Source of the DNA: Rhodospirillaceae bacterium
Lineage (GTDB): Bacteria; Pseudomonadota; Alphaproteobacteria; UBA7887
Assembly (NCBI GenBank): GCA_002728255.1
Contig: PBWV01000047.1
Location: forward strand, 27,368-91,367
Direction: 5' to 3'
DNA: 64,000 bases
Position 1 is the first letter of the stretch, and every line of letters begins with the position of its first letter. Made by a program: the position numbers and the translations under genes. This document shows, in pieces, positions 32,146 to 41,821 of the stretch. Under the pieces are notes generated by a model. The model saw only the letters and a program-made list of their open reading frames with translations, was not told the DNA's origin and made no database searches.

Positions 32146-32985
32146 ATGACATCATTCTCTTCAGAGAAAGTCATAGCTGCAGGCAGCATTCATGAAACGG
32201 CGATTGTCGATGAAAAAGCGCAAATCCATTCATCTGTGATTATTGGTCCCTACTCAGTTGTGGGTCCGAATGTGGTGCTTGAAGATGGCTGTCGCATCGA
32301 ACCGCACGTAGTCATAGGCGGCAATACAAAATTTGGATCCAATAACCATATATTTCCATTTGCGTCTATAGGTCTCCAGCCGCAAGATCTGAAGTATAAG
32401 GGTGAGCAATCAACTCTTGAGATTGGATCAGGGAATGTCATAAGGGAACACGTTACTATGAACCCCGGAACGGGGGGAGGCGGAATGGTTACCCGAGTTG
32501 GCAACCATTGTCTTTTTATGGTTGGAGCGCACGTGGCTCATGATTGTCATGTCGGTGATAACGTAATACTTGCAAATAATGCGACCTTGGCAGGCCACGT
32601 TGAAGTTGGTGACTTTGCTATTTTAGGTGGGTTAAGCGCAATTCACCAATTCGTTCGAATTGGTAGGCACGCTATGATTGGCGGTATGTCCGGCGTAGAA
32701 AATGATGTGATTCCCTACGGTTCCGCGATGGGTAACCGAGCACATTTATCGGGTTTGAATGTCGTAGGATTAAAACGTAGAGGATTCTCTCGCGAAGCTA
32801 TACACGAAATGCGTAAAGCATATCGTCTTCTATTTGCTGAAGAAGGTACAATGAGTGAACGCATGGAGGATGTTTTAGAAAGTTTTGGCGAAGTTGAACC
32901 GGTAATGGAAATAATCCAATTCATCCAATCTGGAGCGGATACTTCGAGAGCTATTTGCCGACCAAAATTTAATCGTGCGGCCTAA
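32146..32985 (+). CDS. lpxA: Acyl-ACP-UDP-N-acetylglucosamine O-acyltransferase
   Basis: PQDLKYKGE, HVAHDC, LANNATLAGHV, HQFVRIG, GLNVVGLKRRGF. Confidence 0.96.
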   Translation: MTSFSSEKVIAAGSIHETAIVDEKAQIHSSVIIGPYSVVGPNVVLEDGCRIEPHVVIGGNTKFGSNNHIFPFASIGLQPQDLKYKGEQSTLEIGSGNVIREHVTMNPGTGGGGMVTRVGNHCLFMVGAHVAHDCHVGDNVILANNATLAGHVEVGDFAILGGLSAIHQFVRIGRHAMIGGMSGVENDVIPYGSAMGNRAHLSGLNVVGLKRRGFSREAIHEMRKAYRLLFAEEGTMSERMEDVLESFGEVEPVMEIIQFIQSGADTSRAICRPKFNRAA

Positions 32986-33808
32986 ATTAGGTATAATTGC
33001 CGGAGGTGGCGAGTTAGTTAACGAGCTGTGCTCCGCTTGTAGTCATTCCGGACGTCAGTATTTTGTTGTTGGCATTAAGGGCAATGCAGATCCGGGTAAG
33101 CTACAAGGAACTCCTCATAAAATTATTCGTTTGGGAGCTATTGGGGAGCTACTTTCTGAACTCAAAAGGCAAGCAGTCAAGGAAATAGTAATGGTGGGCT
33201 CAATAAAGCGCCCAAGCTGGCAGGAGGTCCGGCCAGATTTACGAGCCATGAAGCTACTGCCACGATTTTTATCAGGCAGACAAGGAGATGGGGATGTCCT
33301 GAAGATCGCAATTACGGAGTTGGAGAAGGAAGGTTTCCGTGTGGTTGGAGTTGAACAAGTGTTGCCTGGTTTATTGACTCCCGTTGGGAATATAGGTCGG
33401 TATTCCCCATCCCCCCAAGTGCGGAAAGACATTGCCGTAGGATTGAGCGTCGCTACAGCCATAGGTGATTTGGATATTGGGCAAGCAGTTGTGGTTCAGC
33501 AAGGTTTGATTTTAGGCATAGAAGCTGCAGAAGGAACAGATTGCCTTATCTCTAGGTGTGGTTTGTTATCCAAAGCTGGGGAAAAAGGAACCTTGATAAA
33601 GGTAAGAAAGTCCTTTCAGGATCCAAGAGCTGACCTCCCCACCATAGGCCCATACACCATAAAAAGAGTTCAAGAATCTGGGCTCGGGGGAATTGCACTG
33701 CAAGCATGCGCCTCCCTTATAGTTCAACGTAGGAAAGTTATTGAACTTGCAGATAAATATGGCATTTTTCTTATAGGCGTAAATACAAATAATAGGGAAC
33801 CCCAATAA
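32975..33808 (+). CDS. lpxI: UDP-2,3-diacylglucosamine diphosphatase LpxI
   Basis: LGIIAGGG, DIGQAVVV, IEAAEGTD, QD.R.DLPTIG; located between lpxA and lpxB. Confidence 0.92.
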   Translation: MRPKLGIIAGGGELVNELCSACSHSGRQYFVVGIKGNADPGKLQGTPHKIIRLGAIGELLSELKRQAVKEIVMVGSIKRPSWQEVRPDLRAMKLLPRFLSGRQGDGDVLKIAITELEKEGFRVVGVEQVLPGLLTPVGNIGRYSPSPQVRKDIAVGLSVATAIGDLDIGQAVVVQQGLILGIEAAEGTDCLISRCGLLSKAGEKGTLIKVRKSFQDPRADLPTIGPYTIKRVQESGLGGIALQACASLIVQRRKVIELADKYGIFLIGVNTNNREPQ

Positions 33809-34971
33809 TCATATCTAAAGAATCAGAAAAACGAGTTTTCTTGGTAGCTGGGGAACCCTCAGGGGATCAGTTGGGGGGAGGCCTAATGGCATCCTTGAAA
33901 AAACAGTGTGGAGAACGTTTATCATTCTGGGGCGTTGGTGGCGAACAAATGACTTCAAATGGTCTAAAGAGTTTGTTCCCGATGTCTGATTTATCTGTAA
34001 TGGGGCTTGTGGAGATCTTGCCACGAGTTTCTGTTCTGCGGAAAAGGCTAAAGGATACTGCTGAAGAAATCCGAAGGGTTAACCCTGATGTTTTAGTTAC
34101 TATAGACTCTCCAGGATTCAATTTTAGGTTGATTGAATTACTTCAAGATCTAAATTTTCCTAAAATCCATTATGTTGCGCCAACTGTTTGGGCGTGGCGA
34201 CCATCTCGCGCTAAAAAGATGTCTAAGTTTTATGATCATTTAATGGTCCTCCTTCCCTTTGAGCCGCAATACTTTAACTATGGGAATATGAAATGCACCT
34301 TCGTTGGACATCCTGTCACTGAAGAGTTACCAGATGGATTGGGTGTAGAGTTTAGGGCGAAACATAACATATCAGACAAGGTCGTATTGGGCCTATTCCC
34401 TGGAAGCCGCAAGGCCGAGGTCTTGCGGATGCTTCCGATTTTTGAGAAAACAGTCAAACGGCTTTTAGTGAATTTTCCTGACTTAGAAATCGTAATAACA
34501 ACCATTCCATATCTCAGTCCTCTCGTCAGTTCTATGACAAGCGCTTGGCATATAAATGTTATCTTGATTGATTCCTTTTCGGACCGAAAGGGCGCCCAAA
34601 AAGCGTGCGACGTGGCCTTGGCTGCCTCCGGAACAATCACTACAGAATTGGCAGCAGCCAAGGTACCCGTGGTTGTTGGATATAAAGTTGCACCAATTAC
34701 AGCTTTTGTCGCACGCCGATTGCTTAAGGTTTCACACGTTTCACTACTCAACATCGCTACAGGCAGAAGAATATTGCCAGAGTTTTTGCAAGGGGAGTGT
34801 AGCCCCATGAGGCTATCTGATGCCATAACTAAATTATTGGTCGACAGAGTGAGAAGACAAAAACAAATTTCTGAACAATTACTTGCCTTGAAAGAGTTAA
34901 ATAGTGGAACTGACGGTGGTTATTCCAAAGCAGCTTCCGTTGTGAGGGATGCTGTTTTAGCACCCAAATAA
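33805..34971 (+). CDS. lpxB: Lipid-A-disaccharide synthase (start codon uncertain: ATA 33805 or TTG 33841)
   Basis: RVFLVAGEPSGD, IDSPGFN, HYVAPTVWAWR, LLPFE, FVGHP, PGSR, ASGT. Confidence 0.93.
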   Translation: MIISKESEKRVFLVAGEPSGDQLGGGLMASLKKQCGERLSFWGVGGEQMTSNGLKSLFPMSDLSVMGLVEILPRVSVLRKRLKDTAEEIRRVNPDVLVTIDSPGFNFRLIELLQDLNFPKIHYVAPTVWAWRPSRAKKMSKFYDHLMVLLPFEPQYFNYGNMKCTFVGHPVTEELPDGLGVEFRAKHNISDKVVLGLFPGSRKAEVLRMLPIFEKTVKRLLVNFPDLEIVITTIPYLSPLVSSMTSAWHINVILIDSFSDRKGAQKACDVALAASGTITTELAAAKVPVVVGYKVAPITAFVARRLLKVSHVSLLNIATGRRILPEFLQGECSPMRLSDAITKLLVDRVRRQKQISEQLLALKELNSGTDGGYSKAASVVRDAVLAPK

Positions 34972-34990
34972 TATTTTTGTGGAGATTAAG

Positions 34991-35389
34991 ATGACCAGTA
35001 TAAATGCTCGCATACTACATACTATGTTGCGTGTCAAAAACTTGGAGGCTTCAATCGAGTTTTATACCAAAACTCTTGGAATGACTCTTTTAAGACGCCA
35101 AGATTTCCAAACAGGACGTTTTACACTAGCATTTTTAGGCTATGGACCGGAGGAGTCGGGTGCAGTCATAGAACTCACCCATAACTGGGACCAGGAAATA
35201 GCATATGATGTTGGTACAGGCTATGGGCATATTGCCCTTGGGGTTCCAGACATAAATTCAGTATGTCGCCATCTCCGTGAGAGCGGTGCTAAAATAATTC
35301 GGGAACCAGGTCCCATGAAACATGGAACCACCATCATCGCATTTATTGAAGATCCAGATGGTTACCAACTAGAATTGATAGAGAAGTAA
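34991..35389 (+). CDS. gloA: Lactoylglutathione lyase (glyoxalase I)
   Basis: LHTMLRV, IELTHNW, GYGHIA, REPGPMK, DPDGY.ELIE; GGAG SD before ATG 34991. Confidence 0.95.
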   Translation: MTSINARILHTMLRVKNLEASIEFYTKTLGMTLLRRQDFQTGRFTLAFLGYGPEESGAVIELTHNWDQEIAYDVGTGYGHIALGVPDINSVCRHLRESGAKIIREPGPMKHGTTIIAFIEDPDGYQLELIEK

Positions 35390-35427
35390 CAACTTGTTCC
35401 ATATGGAATCCAATTAGTAGTTATAAC

Positions 35428-36744
35428 TTAGCGGGCGGATATAGGAATGAATGGACGTTCAGCAGGACCGGTATACAGTTGCCTTGGTCTACCAATTTTT
35501 TGTCCTGGATCACAGATCATTTCGTCCCATTGGGCTAGCCACCCAACGGTCCGGGCAACAGCAAACAAGACGGTAAATAGGTCTGTAGGGATACCCATAG
35601 CCCTCAAGATTATTCCTGAATAAAAATCTACATTGGGAAATAATTTACGCTCGACGAAATAGGAGTCCTCAAGAGCCAATTTTTCTAACTCAATTGCAAG
35701 CTTTAAGAGAGGTTCATCCCTTGAACCTAGTTCTTCCAGAACCTCGTGGGCACTTTGTCGCATCACCGTTGCTCTAGGATCATAGTTTTTATAGACGCGA
35801 TGGCCAAAACCCATCAGACGAAAAGGGTCATCTTTATCTTTGGCCCGTCTTATAAATTCAGGAATTCTTTCAGCTTCGCCAATTTCTTCAAGCATCTTAA
35901 TGACCGCCTCGTTAGCACCACCATGAGCCGGACCCCAAAGTGATGCTATTCCTGCAGCTATGCAGGCGAATGGGTTAGCGCCAGAGGAACCTGCTAAGCG
36001 AACGGTTGATGTGGACGCGTTTTGTTCATGATCCGCATGGAGGATAAATAACCGATCAATGGCGCGGGCTAACACACTACTTACGGGATATTCCTCTGCC
36101 GGAACTGCAAACATCATGTGAAGAAAATTTTCAGAGTAGGTTAGGTCATTTCTTGGATAAATAAATGGTTGGCCAATCGAATATTTATAAGCCATAGCAG
36201 CAATGGTGGGCATTTTTGCTAATATCCGATGTTTGGTGATCTCCCTCTGCGCAGTATCATTTATATCGATATTGTCGTGATAGAAGGCAGAAAGAGCACC
36301 AACAACTCCAATCATTATTGCCATTGGATGAGCATCTCGCCTGAACCCACGCAAAAAATAAGTTACTTGCTCATTGAGCATAGAATGATAAGTAACTTCG
36401 CGATCAAAATCCGAAAACTCAGCCGCCGTAGGTAATTCTCCATTAAGCAATAAAAAACATACCTCCAAGAAATTACTATCCCGGGCAAGTTCTTCTATTG
36501 AGTATCCACGATGAAGAAGAATTCCTTTTTCGCCGTCAATATAAGTTATAGCTGAGTAAGCGCTTCCGGTGGAAGTAAATCCAGGATCATAGGTAAACAT
36601 TCCGGTTTCAGAATATAGTTTTCTAACATCGATGACATTAGGGCCCATTGTTCCCATTAATACTGGTAATTCAAAGTCTTTCCCTGATTTCTTATCGGTT
36701 AATGTTAATGTGTAATCTGCCCTATTAGTCTTGTTGTCTGGCAT
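35428..36744 (-). CDS. gltA: Citrate synthase (type II)
   Basis: [53 protein letters not shown] 36744 is well spaced from the AAGGAG SD. Confidence 0.97.
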   Translation of the reverse strand: MPDNKTNRADYTLTLTDKKSGKDFELPVLMGTMGPNVIDVRKLYSETGMFTYDPGFTSTGSAYSAITYIDGEKGILLHRGYSIEELARDSNFLEVCFLLLNGELPTAAEFSDFDREVTYHSMLNEQVTYFLRGFRRDAHPMAIMIGVVGALSAFYHDNIDINDTAQREITKHRILAKMPTIAAMAYKYSIGQPFIYPRNDLTYSENFLHMMFAVPAEEYPVSSVLARAIDRLFILHADHEQNASTSTVRLAGSSGANPFACIAAGIASLWGPAHGGANEAVIKMLEEIGEAERIPEFIRRAKDKDDPFRLMGFGHRVYKNYDPRATVMRQSAHEVLEELGSRDEPLLKLAIELEKLALEDSYFVERKLFPNVDFYSGIILRAMGIPTDLFTVLFAVARTVGWLAQWDEMICDPGQKIGRPRQLYTGPAERPFIPISAR

Positions 36745-36880
36745 GATCACATTCTCCTTGAATTAACATTAGAAATGGCCTGAGTTATCTGCAGGGTTTC
36801 AACCCCATTATATGAACTGATAATACGGCTAATTGAGTTATGAAAAAAGCATGTTTCTAGCCCATTTTTAGGGATTAGCG

Positions 36881-38296
36881 TCACTTTGAAACGATCTTTT
36901 GGATGTCGGAGATCCTAGCCATAGATTCTTCTTTGCCCAAAGCCATAAGTACTTCAAATACACTTGGAGACACAGTTGTTCCAGTAACAGCAACTCGGAG
37001 AGGTTGGGCTAGCGAACCGAGTTTAACGCCAGATTGTTCCGCTAAATCACGCATTTCTGATTCAATATTTGATGCTTCCCATTCTTTATTTTTTTCAAGT
37101 ATGGGCATTAATTTGTTTAAGATCGCACTGAGACCTGGTTGGAGAAGAGCTTTCTTAGCTTTTTCGTCAAGTGGAATAGGTCGTTGGGCCACGTAGAACT
37201 GTGCGCTAGCAACGAGATTCGCAATAGTTTTAGCACGAGATAATAAGCCAGGCACTCCGAGTTTTAGACATTCTTTTTGTTTCTTAGTCACACTCCGTCC
37301 AAGTTTTTTGGAAAGCCCGCTTACTATAATATCAAGTGCTCTCGAAGTTGGTAGTTTCTGAAGATAATAGGAATTTAGATTTTCAAGCTTATCCAGGTTA
37401 AATCTTGCCGCGCTTTTACCAACCTGCTTCAAGTTAAACCATGTAATTGCTTGGGACATTGTTATAATTTCGTGGTCTCCATGGGACCAACCTAGTCGGA
37501 GGAGGTAGTTTTGCAAAGATTCCGGGAGAAACCCCTTGTCCTTGTAGGAACTTACAGCAAGAGCACCATGCCTTTTGGATAATTTCGAACCGTCTGAACC
37601 ATGAATAAGTGGAATATGAGCATAAATGGGAATATTCCAGCCAAATGCATTATACAGTTGTGACTGCCGCGCGGCGTTGACCAGATGGTCGTCTCCTCTA
37701 ATTATGTGGCTGACCTGCATATCATGGTCATCGACCACTGCAGCAAGAATATATGTTGGTGTACCATCGCTCCTGAGGATGACCATGTCGTCGAGCTGAG
37801 AATTCTTAATAATTACCTCTCCTTGAACCTGATCATTAATTCTAGTTTCGCCAGTTTCGGGAGACTTGAACCTAATAGTAGGGGACACACCTGATGGCCA
37901 ATCTTCAGGCCCTTTATCTCTCCAATATCCATTGTAGCCTTGTTGACCACCTTCAGTCCTTGCCCGTAAACGCATCTCAGCCAGTTCTTCTGGTGTCGAG
38001 AAGCATTTATAGGCTAAATCATTCTCAAGCAAATAGTTGGCCATTTCACGATGGCGGGCTTCGTTGGCAGATTGAAAAATAATTTCGTTGTCCCATGTTA
38101 GACCCAACCAATTCAATCCTTTCTGAATTTCCAAAATTGCTTCTTGGGTTGAACGTTGTTTATCAGTATCCTCTATCCGAAGTAAAAATTTACCTTCATG
38201 ATGACGTGCAAACAGCCAATTAAACAAAGCCGTGCGAGCACCACCAATATGAAGAAATCCAGTGGGCGATGGAGCAAATCTAGTTATTACTGACAT
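36881..38296 (-). CDS. gltX: Glutamate-tRNA ligase
   Basis: RFAPSPTGFLHIGG, LRIEDTD, IRGDDH, KLSKRHG. Confidence 0.97.
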   Translation of the reverse strand: MSVITRFAPSPTGFLHIGGARTALFNWLFARHHEGKFLLRIEDTDKQRSTQEAILEIQKGLNWLGLTWDNEIIFQSANEARHREMANYLLENDLAYKCFSTPEELAEMRLRARTEGGQQGYNGYWRDKGPEDWPSGVSPTIRFKSPETGETRINDQVQGEVIIKNSQLDDMVILRSDGTPTYILAAVVDDHDMQVSHIIRGDDHLVNAARQSQLYNAFGWNIPIYAHIPLIHGSDGSKLSKRHGALAVSSYKDKGFLPESLQNYLLRLGWSHGDHEIITMSQAITWFNLKQVGKSAARFNLDKLENLNSYYLQKLPTSRALDIIVSGLSKKLGRSVTKKQKECLKLGVPGLLSRAKTIANLVASAQFYVAQRPIPLDEKAKKALLQPGLSAILNKLMPILEKNKEWEASNIESEMRDLAEQSGVKLGSLAQPLRVAVTGTTVSPSVFEVLMALGKEESMARISDIQKIVSK

Positions 38297-38426
38297 ATCT
38301 ATGTCCGGTGCAAATTTTGAATAAAATTATATATGCTCTATTTAGCGCAAACACATAATTTCTGGTAGTAGAATTCAAAAACGCTAGTGCTGACAGCTAG
38401 AACTCTTCGTCTCGGATGTTTCCACC

Positions 38427-39158
38427 TTAATATTTTCTTAGAAGAGCTCTTAAAATACCTTGAATCTTTACCTGTTCAGGACCGAATATTCTGGTTTCGT
38501 AGGATGGATTCGCCGATTCTAGAGCAACCGAATTACCTTTTCGCCTTAATCGTTTAAGGGTAGCCTCCTGCTCTTGAATAAGAGCTACAATAATAGAGCC
38601 ATTGTCGGCTGTTTCACACTTTTCAATAATTACTATATCGCCATCCATGATACCGACCCCCGTCATAGAGTCGCCTGACACCTCAAGGGCGTAATGATCT
38701 TTATCAGAGTTCAAGTTGTCGGGGAGGGTAATATGGTTTCCAGGGTTTTGCAGGGCCTCTATCGGAGTCCCAGCTGCAATCCGCCCCAGAAGCGGTACAG
38801 TGGTAACCTGACTTTCTGATAGATCAACGCTATTTTTTGCCGCTCCGCGACCAGGAAAGTTTCCTTTTACAATTTTAGGGGATTTTCCCCGATTAACAAC
38901 ATCCAGAACAGTTCTTTGGCCCGATTGCGATATTATTAAATTATCCCTTGGGTGCGTTTTTACACGTAAGGCGCGAGCCCTGTTTGGCAATCTTTCAATA
39001 AACCCTCTTTCCTCTAGGGCCTTTACAAGGCGATGAACCCCTGACTTAGAGCGTAAACCTAAAAATGATTTCATTTCTTCAAAAGATGGAGAAACCCCGT
39101 CTAAATCCAGCCGTTCGACGATATAAGTTAGAAGTCGTTGTTGTTTTCGAGTAAGCAA
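38427..39158 (-). CDS. lexA: SOS repressor LexA
   Basis: N-terminus (M)LTRKQ from TTG 39158, PSFEEM..LGL.SKSG.HRL, Ala-Gly cleavage site RIAAG, catalytic GDSM and TLKR. Confidence 0.96.
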   Translation of the reverse strand: MLTRKQQRLLTYIVERLDLDGVSPSFEEMKSFLGLRSKSGVHRLVKALEERGFIERLPNRARALRVKTHPRDNLIISQSGQRTVLDVVNRGKSPKIVKGNFPGRGAAKNSVDLSESQVTTVPLLGRIAAGTPIEALQNPGNHITLPDNLNSDKDHYALEVSGDSMTGVGIMDGDIVIIEKCETADNGSIIVALIQEQEATLKRLRRKGNSVALESANPSYETRIFGPEQVKIQGILRALLRKY

Positions 39159-39176
39159 AATCTTAGATCCCACAAA

Positions 39177-39216
39177 GAACAAAACACAAACATTCCATGA
39201 TGTTCTACTTTAGTTC
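39177..39216. promoter_or_regulatory. Two alphaproteobacterial LexA (SOS) boxes upstream of lexA
   Basis: Perfect GTTC-N7-GTTC at 39202-39216; one-mismatch GAAC-N7-AAAC at 39177-39191 in the opposite orientation. Confidence 0.88.
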
Positions 39217-39230
39217 TTTGGCCTAGTCAA
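39202..39230 (-). promoter_or_regulatory. Putative sigma70 promoter of lexA
   Basis: Minus strand TTGACT (39230-39225), 17-nt spacer, TAGAAC (39207-39202); overlapped by the SOS box. Confidence 0.65.
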
Positions 39231-39297
39231 CGGATAGGGTTTGTGTGGCTTGAATTTGAGGAACTCTAACCCAATTTGGTGTTGAGCGCTCATCCTG

Positions 39298-40512
39298 TCA
39301 AACTGCAGCATTTCCTTTTGGGAAGGTCATAATCTCGACACGTTCGCCTTCCACGGCCGCCCTGGCTCTCGGAGCCCTTACAATCAGGCAGTCAGAGGAT
39401 GCTAATAATGATACCATGGAACTATCTTGTTTGGGGAAAGGTGTAACGAATAAAGTACCATCTTTCTCAGAATTAAGTTTTGCCCGTAAATAATCCTGTC
39501 TTTGATCATTGGCCGGCAGGGGGGTAGTAAGAGTGGCATAGGATTTTCCTATATTAGGTTCCACGATGCCTAACAATTTCTCAATAATTGGTTTAACAAA
39601 AATTAAAGAGCAGACTAATGCTGAGACGGGATTTCCTGGCAGGCCTAAAACAGGTACCTGCCCAAATTTTCCGAACATTACAGGTTTTCCTGGACGCATT
39701 GCAACTTTCCAAAAATCCACAGTTAGGCCTTTTGAGACTAGGGCTTGCCGAACTAAATCGTAGTCGCCAACGGAGATTCCCCCAGTTGTAATCAGCAAAT
39801 CTGAACCTATCGCCCCCCCTATCATTCTATCTAAAGCTAAAGTGTCGTCATTAGCTATGCCCAGGTTTATCCCAGTCGCTCCACAATTTTCAACAAATGC
39901 CTTGAGACAAATAGAATTCGAACTAACAATCTGGTTTTGGCTTAATGGCTCTCCTGGGCGAACAATTTCATCTCCAGTAGCCAAGATAGTAATCAAAGGG
40001 CGACGGCGAACCGAAACCCAAGGATGGTTCATGGCAGCGGCTAATCCAATGTCGCGGACTCTTAAAAAGCGTCCTGGCAAAAGCTGATCAACGCCTGCGG
40101 AAAAATCTAGTCCGGCCCTCCTGATATATTGCCCGGGCGTCGGCTTTTCATTTATGGTTATGAACTCATCATTCGCGTTTGTATCTTCTTGCAGCACCAC
40201 CGCATCTGCTCCGGATGGTATAGGGCCACCTGTAAATATGCGGACCGTTTCTCCAGGGCCAACATTTCCTTCAAACATAGTTCCAGCAGGTGCTTCACCT
40301 ATACAACGAAGATCGTGAGGAAGTTTAGAAAAGTCACCGCATCTAACTGCATATCCATCCATTGATGATAGATCACAAGGGGGTTGGGTGCGTCGAGCAA
40401 CCAACGTTTTCGCTAATACCCGACCCAATGCCATGTCTAAGCTAATATCCTCTGCAGGGAGCTCAGAGAACGATGTTATTATTTTTTCTTTGGCTTCTTG
40501 AACACTAATCAT
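39298..40512 (-). CDS. moeA: Molybdopterin molybdotransferase
   Basis: SSMDGYAVR, RIFTG.P.P.GADAVV.QE, TGDE, TTGG.SVGD.D, MRPGKP, LPGNPVS. Confidence 0.95.
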   Translation of the reverse strand: MISVQEAKEKIITSFSELPAEDISLDMALGRVLAKTLVARRTQPPCDLSSMDGYAVRCGDFSKLPHDLRCIGEAPAGTMFEGNVGPGETVRIFTGGPIPSGADAVVLQEDTNANDEFITINEKPTPGQYIRRAGLDFSAGVDQLLPGRFLRVRDIGLAAAMNHPWVSVRRRPLITILATGDEIVRPGEPLSQNQIVSSNSICLKAFVENCGATGINLGIANDDTLALDRMIGGAIGSDLLITTGGISVGDYDLVRQALVSKGLTVDFWKVAMRPGKPVMFGKFGQVPVLGLPGNPVSALVCSLIFVKPIIEKLLGIVEPNIGKSYATLTTPLPANDQRQDYLRAKLNSEKDGTLFVTPFPKQDSSMVSLLASSDCLIVRAPRARAAVEGERVEIMTFPKGNAAV

Positions 40513-40517
40513 TGGTT

Positions 40518-40991
40518 TTAAGCAAAAAAGGTACCGGATTTTCCTCCGGATTTATGCAATAGGCGCACGTTTGTGATTTTCATTGAGCGATCGACGGATT
40601 TACACATATCGTATATGGTCAAGGCAGCAACGGAAGCTGACGTTAGTGCCTCCATCTCTACGCCTGTTTGGCCGCTTAACTTACATGTCGACAGTATTTT
40701 AACTAAATTTTCTTCAGGGATACATTCTAAATCAACGGTAATCGAGGTTAATGCCAAAGGATGGCATAAGGGAATTAGAGCGCTGGTCTTTTTTGCAGCC
40801 ATTATGCCGGCCAATCGTGCCACTCCTAACACATCGCCTTTTTTGTGTTCACCCTCTTTTATCATTAATAAAGTCTCGGAAGACATTACAATATTTGCTT
40901 CAGCCGAAGCTATTCTTTCGGTGATTGCCTTAGCCCCAACGTCAATCATGATTGCTTTTCCGTCAGAATCAAAGTGGTTCAGTTTATCCAT
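40518..40991 (-). CDS. moaC: Cyclic pyranopterin monophosphate synthase
   Basis: [50 protein letters not shown]. Confidence 0.96.
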   Translation of the reverse strand: MDKLNHFDSDGKAIMIDVGAKAITERIASAEANIVMSSETLLMIKEGEHKKGDVLGVARLAGIMAAKKTSALIPLCHPLALTSITVDLECIPEENLVKILSTCKLSGQTGVEMEALTSASVAALTIYDMCKSVDRSMKITNVRLLHKSGGKSGTFFA

Positions 40992-41011
40992 CTTGCATTT
41001 GTCCAAAAAGG

Positions 41012-41821
41012 TTAGAGTTCTTCTTGTTTTTTTCCAAGTAACACTTTCGTGGCTTCGGTTAAGTTTTGTTGACGCATGAGGCTTTCGCCCACCAAGAATC
41101 GAGATACTCCAATAGCGCGGACCCGTTGAATGTCTGCAAAATTAGAGATACCACTTTCGCAAATTATTTCATAGTTTTTAGGTACTTTTGGAGCTAACTC
41201 CTCTGTATTTTTAAGATCTACTTCTAAGGTTTTGAGATCCCTATTATTAATTCCTATTAAGAAACTTCCTTTAATTTTTAGAGCCCTCGACAACTCCTCA
41301 GCATCGTGAATTTCAATCAAAATATCGAGTTTGAGTTCCTCAGCACAAGTGGTTAATTCCTGGCACTGATGATCTTCCAGGGCTGCCATTATTAAAAGGA
41401 TGCAGTCAGCTCCCAAAGCCCGGGATTCTATTACTTGGTACGGATCAATTATGAAATCTTTTCTAAGAACGGGAATTTCTACTGCAGAACGGGCTTCGAC
41501 AAGGTGTTCATTACAACCTTGAAAGTAAGGCTTGTCTGTTAATACAGAAAGACAGGCTGCACCGCCTTTGTGGTAATCTACCGCCAATTGACTTGGCGTA
41601 AATTCGTTTCTAATAAGCCCCCTGCTAGGCGAAGCTTTTTTTAATTCTGTCACGAGTCCCACACCGGTCACTGCAACCTTGTCCTTTAGAGCATCAGCGA
41701 AACTTCGGGGCGGATCCGAGGATCCTAGATGTTGTAATAAATAGTTCTCGGAATACCTGTTTTTAGAAGCGGCAATCCACCTTCTTTTCTCGGCACATAT
41801 TTCGGCTAATACATTAGGCAT
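41012..41821 (-). CDS. trpC: Indole-3-glycerol phosphate synthase
   Basis: [44 protein letters not shown]. Confidence 0.96.
   Translation of the reverse strand: MPNVLAEICAEKRRWIAASKNRYSENYLLQHLGSSDPPRSFADALKDKVAVTGVGLVTELKKASPSRGLIRNEFTPSQLAVDYHKGGAACLSVLTDKPYFQGCNEHLVEARSAVEIPVLRKDFIIDPYQVIESRALGADCILLIMAALEDHQCQELTTCAEELKLDILIEIHDAEELSRALKIKGSFLIGINNRDLKTLEVDLKNTEELAPKVPKNYEIICESGISNFADIQRVRAIGVSRFLVGESLMRQQNLTEATKVLLGKKQEEL

Noticed and set aside
35390..35427. Palindromes TTCCATATGGAA and AGTTATAACT between the convergent gloA and gltA
   Set aside because: AT-rich and without a U-tail; not a convincing bidirectional terminator.
36781..36841. TGAGTTAT direct repeat (36781, 36834) flanking a minus-strand TATAAT upstream of gltA
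   Set aside because: Only two 8-mers and no matching -35; cannot be distinguished from chance.
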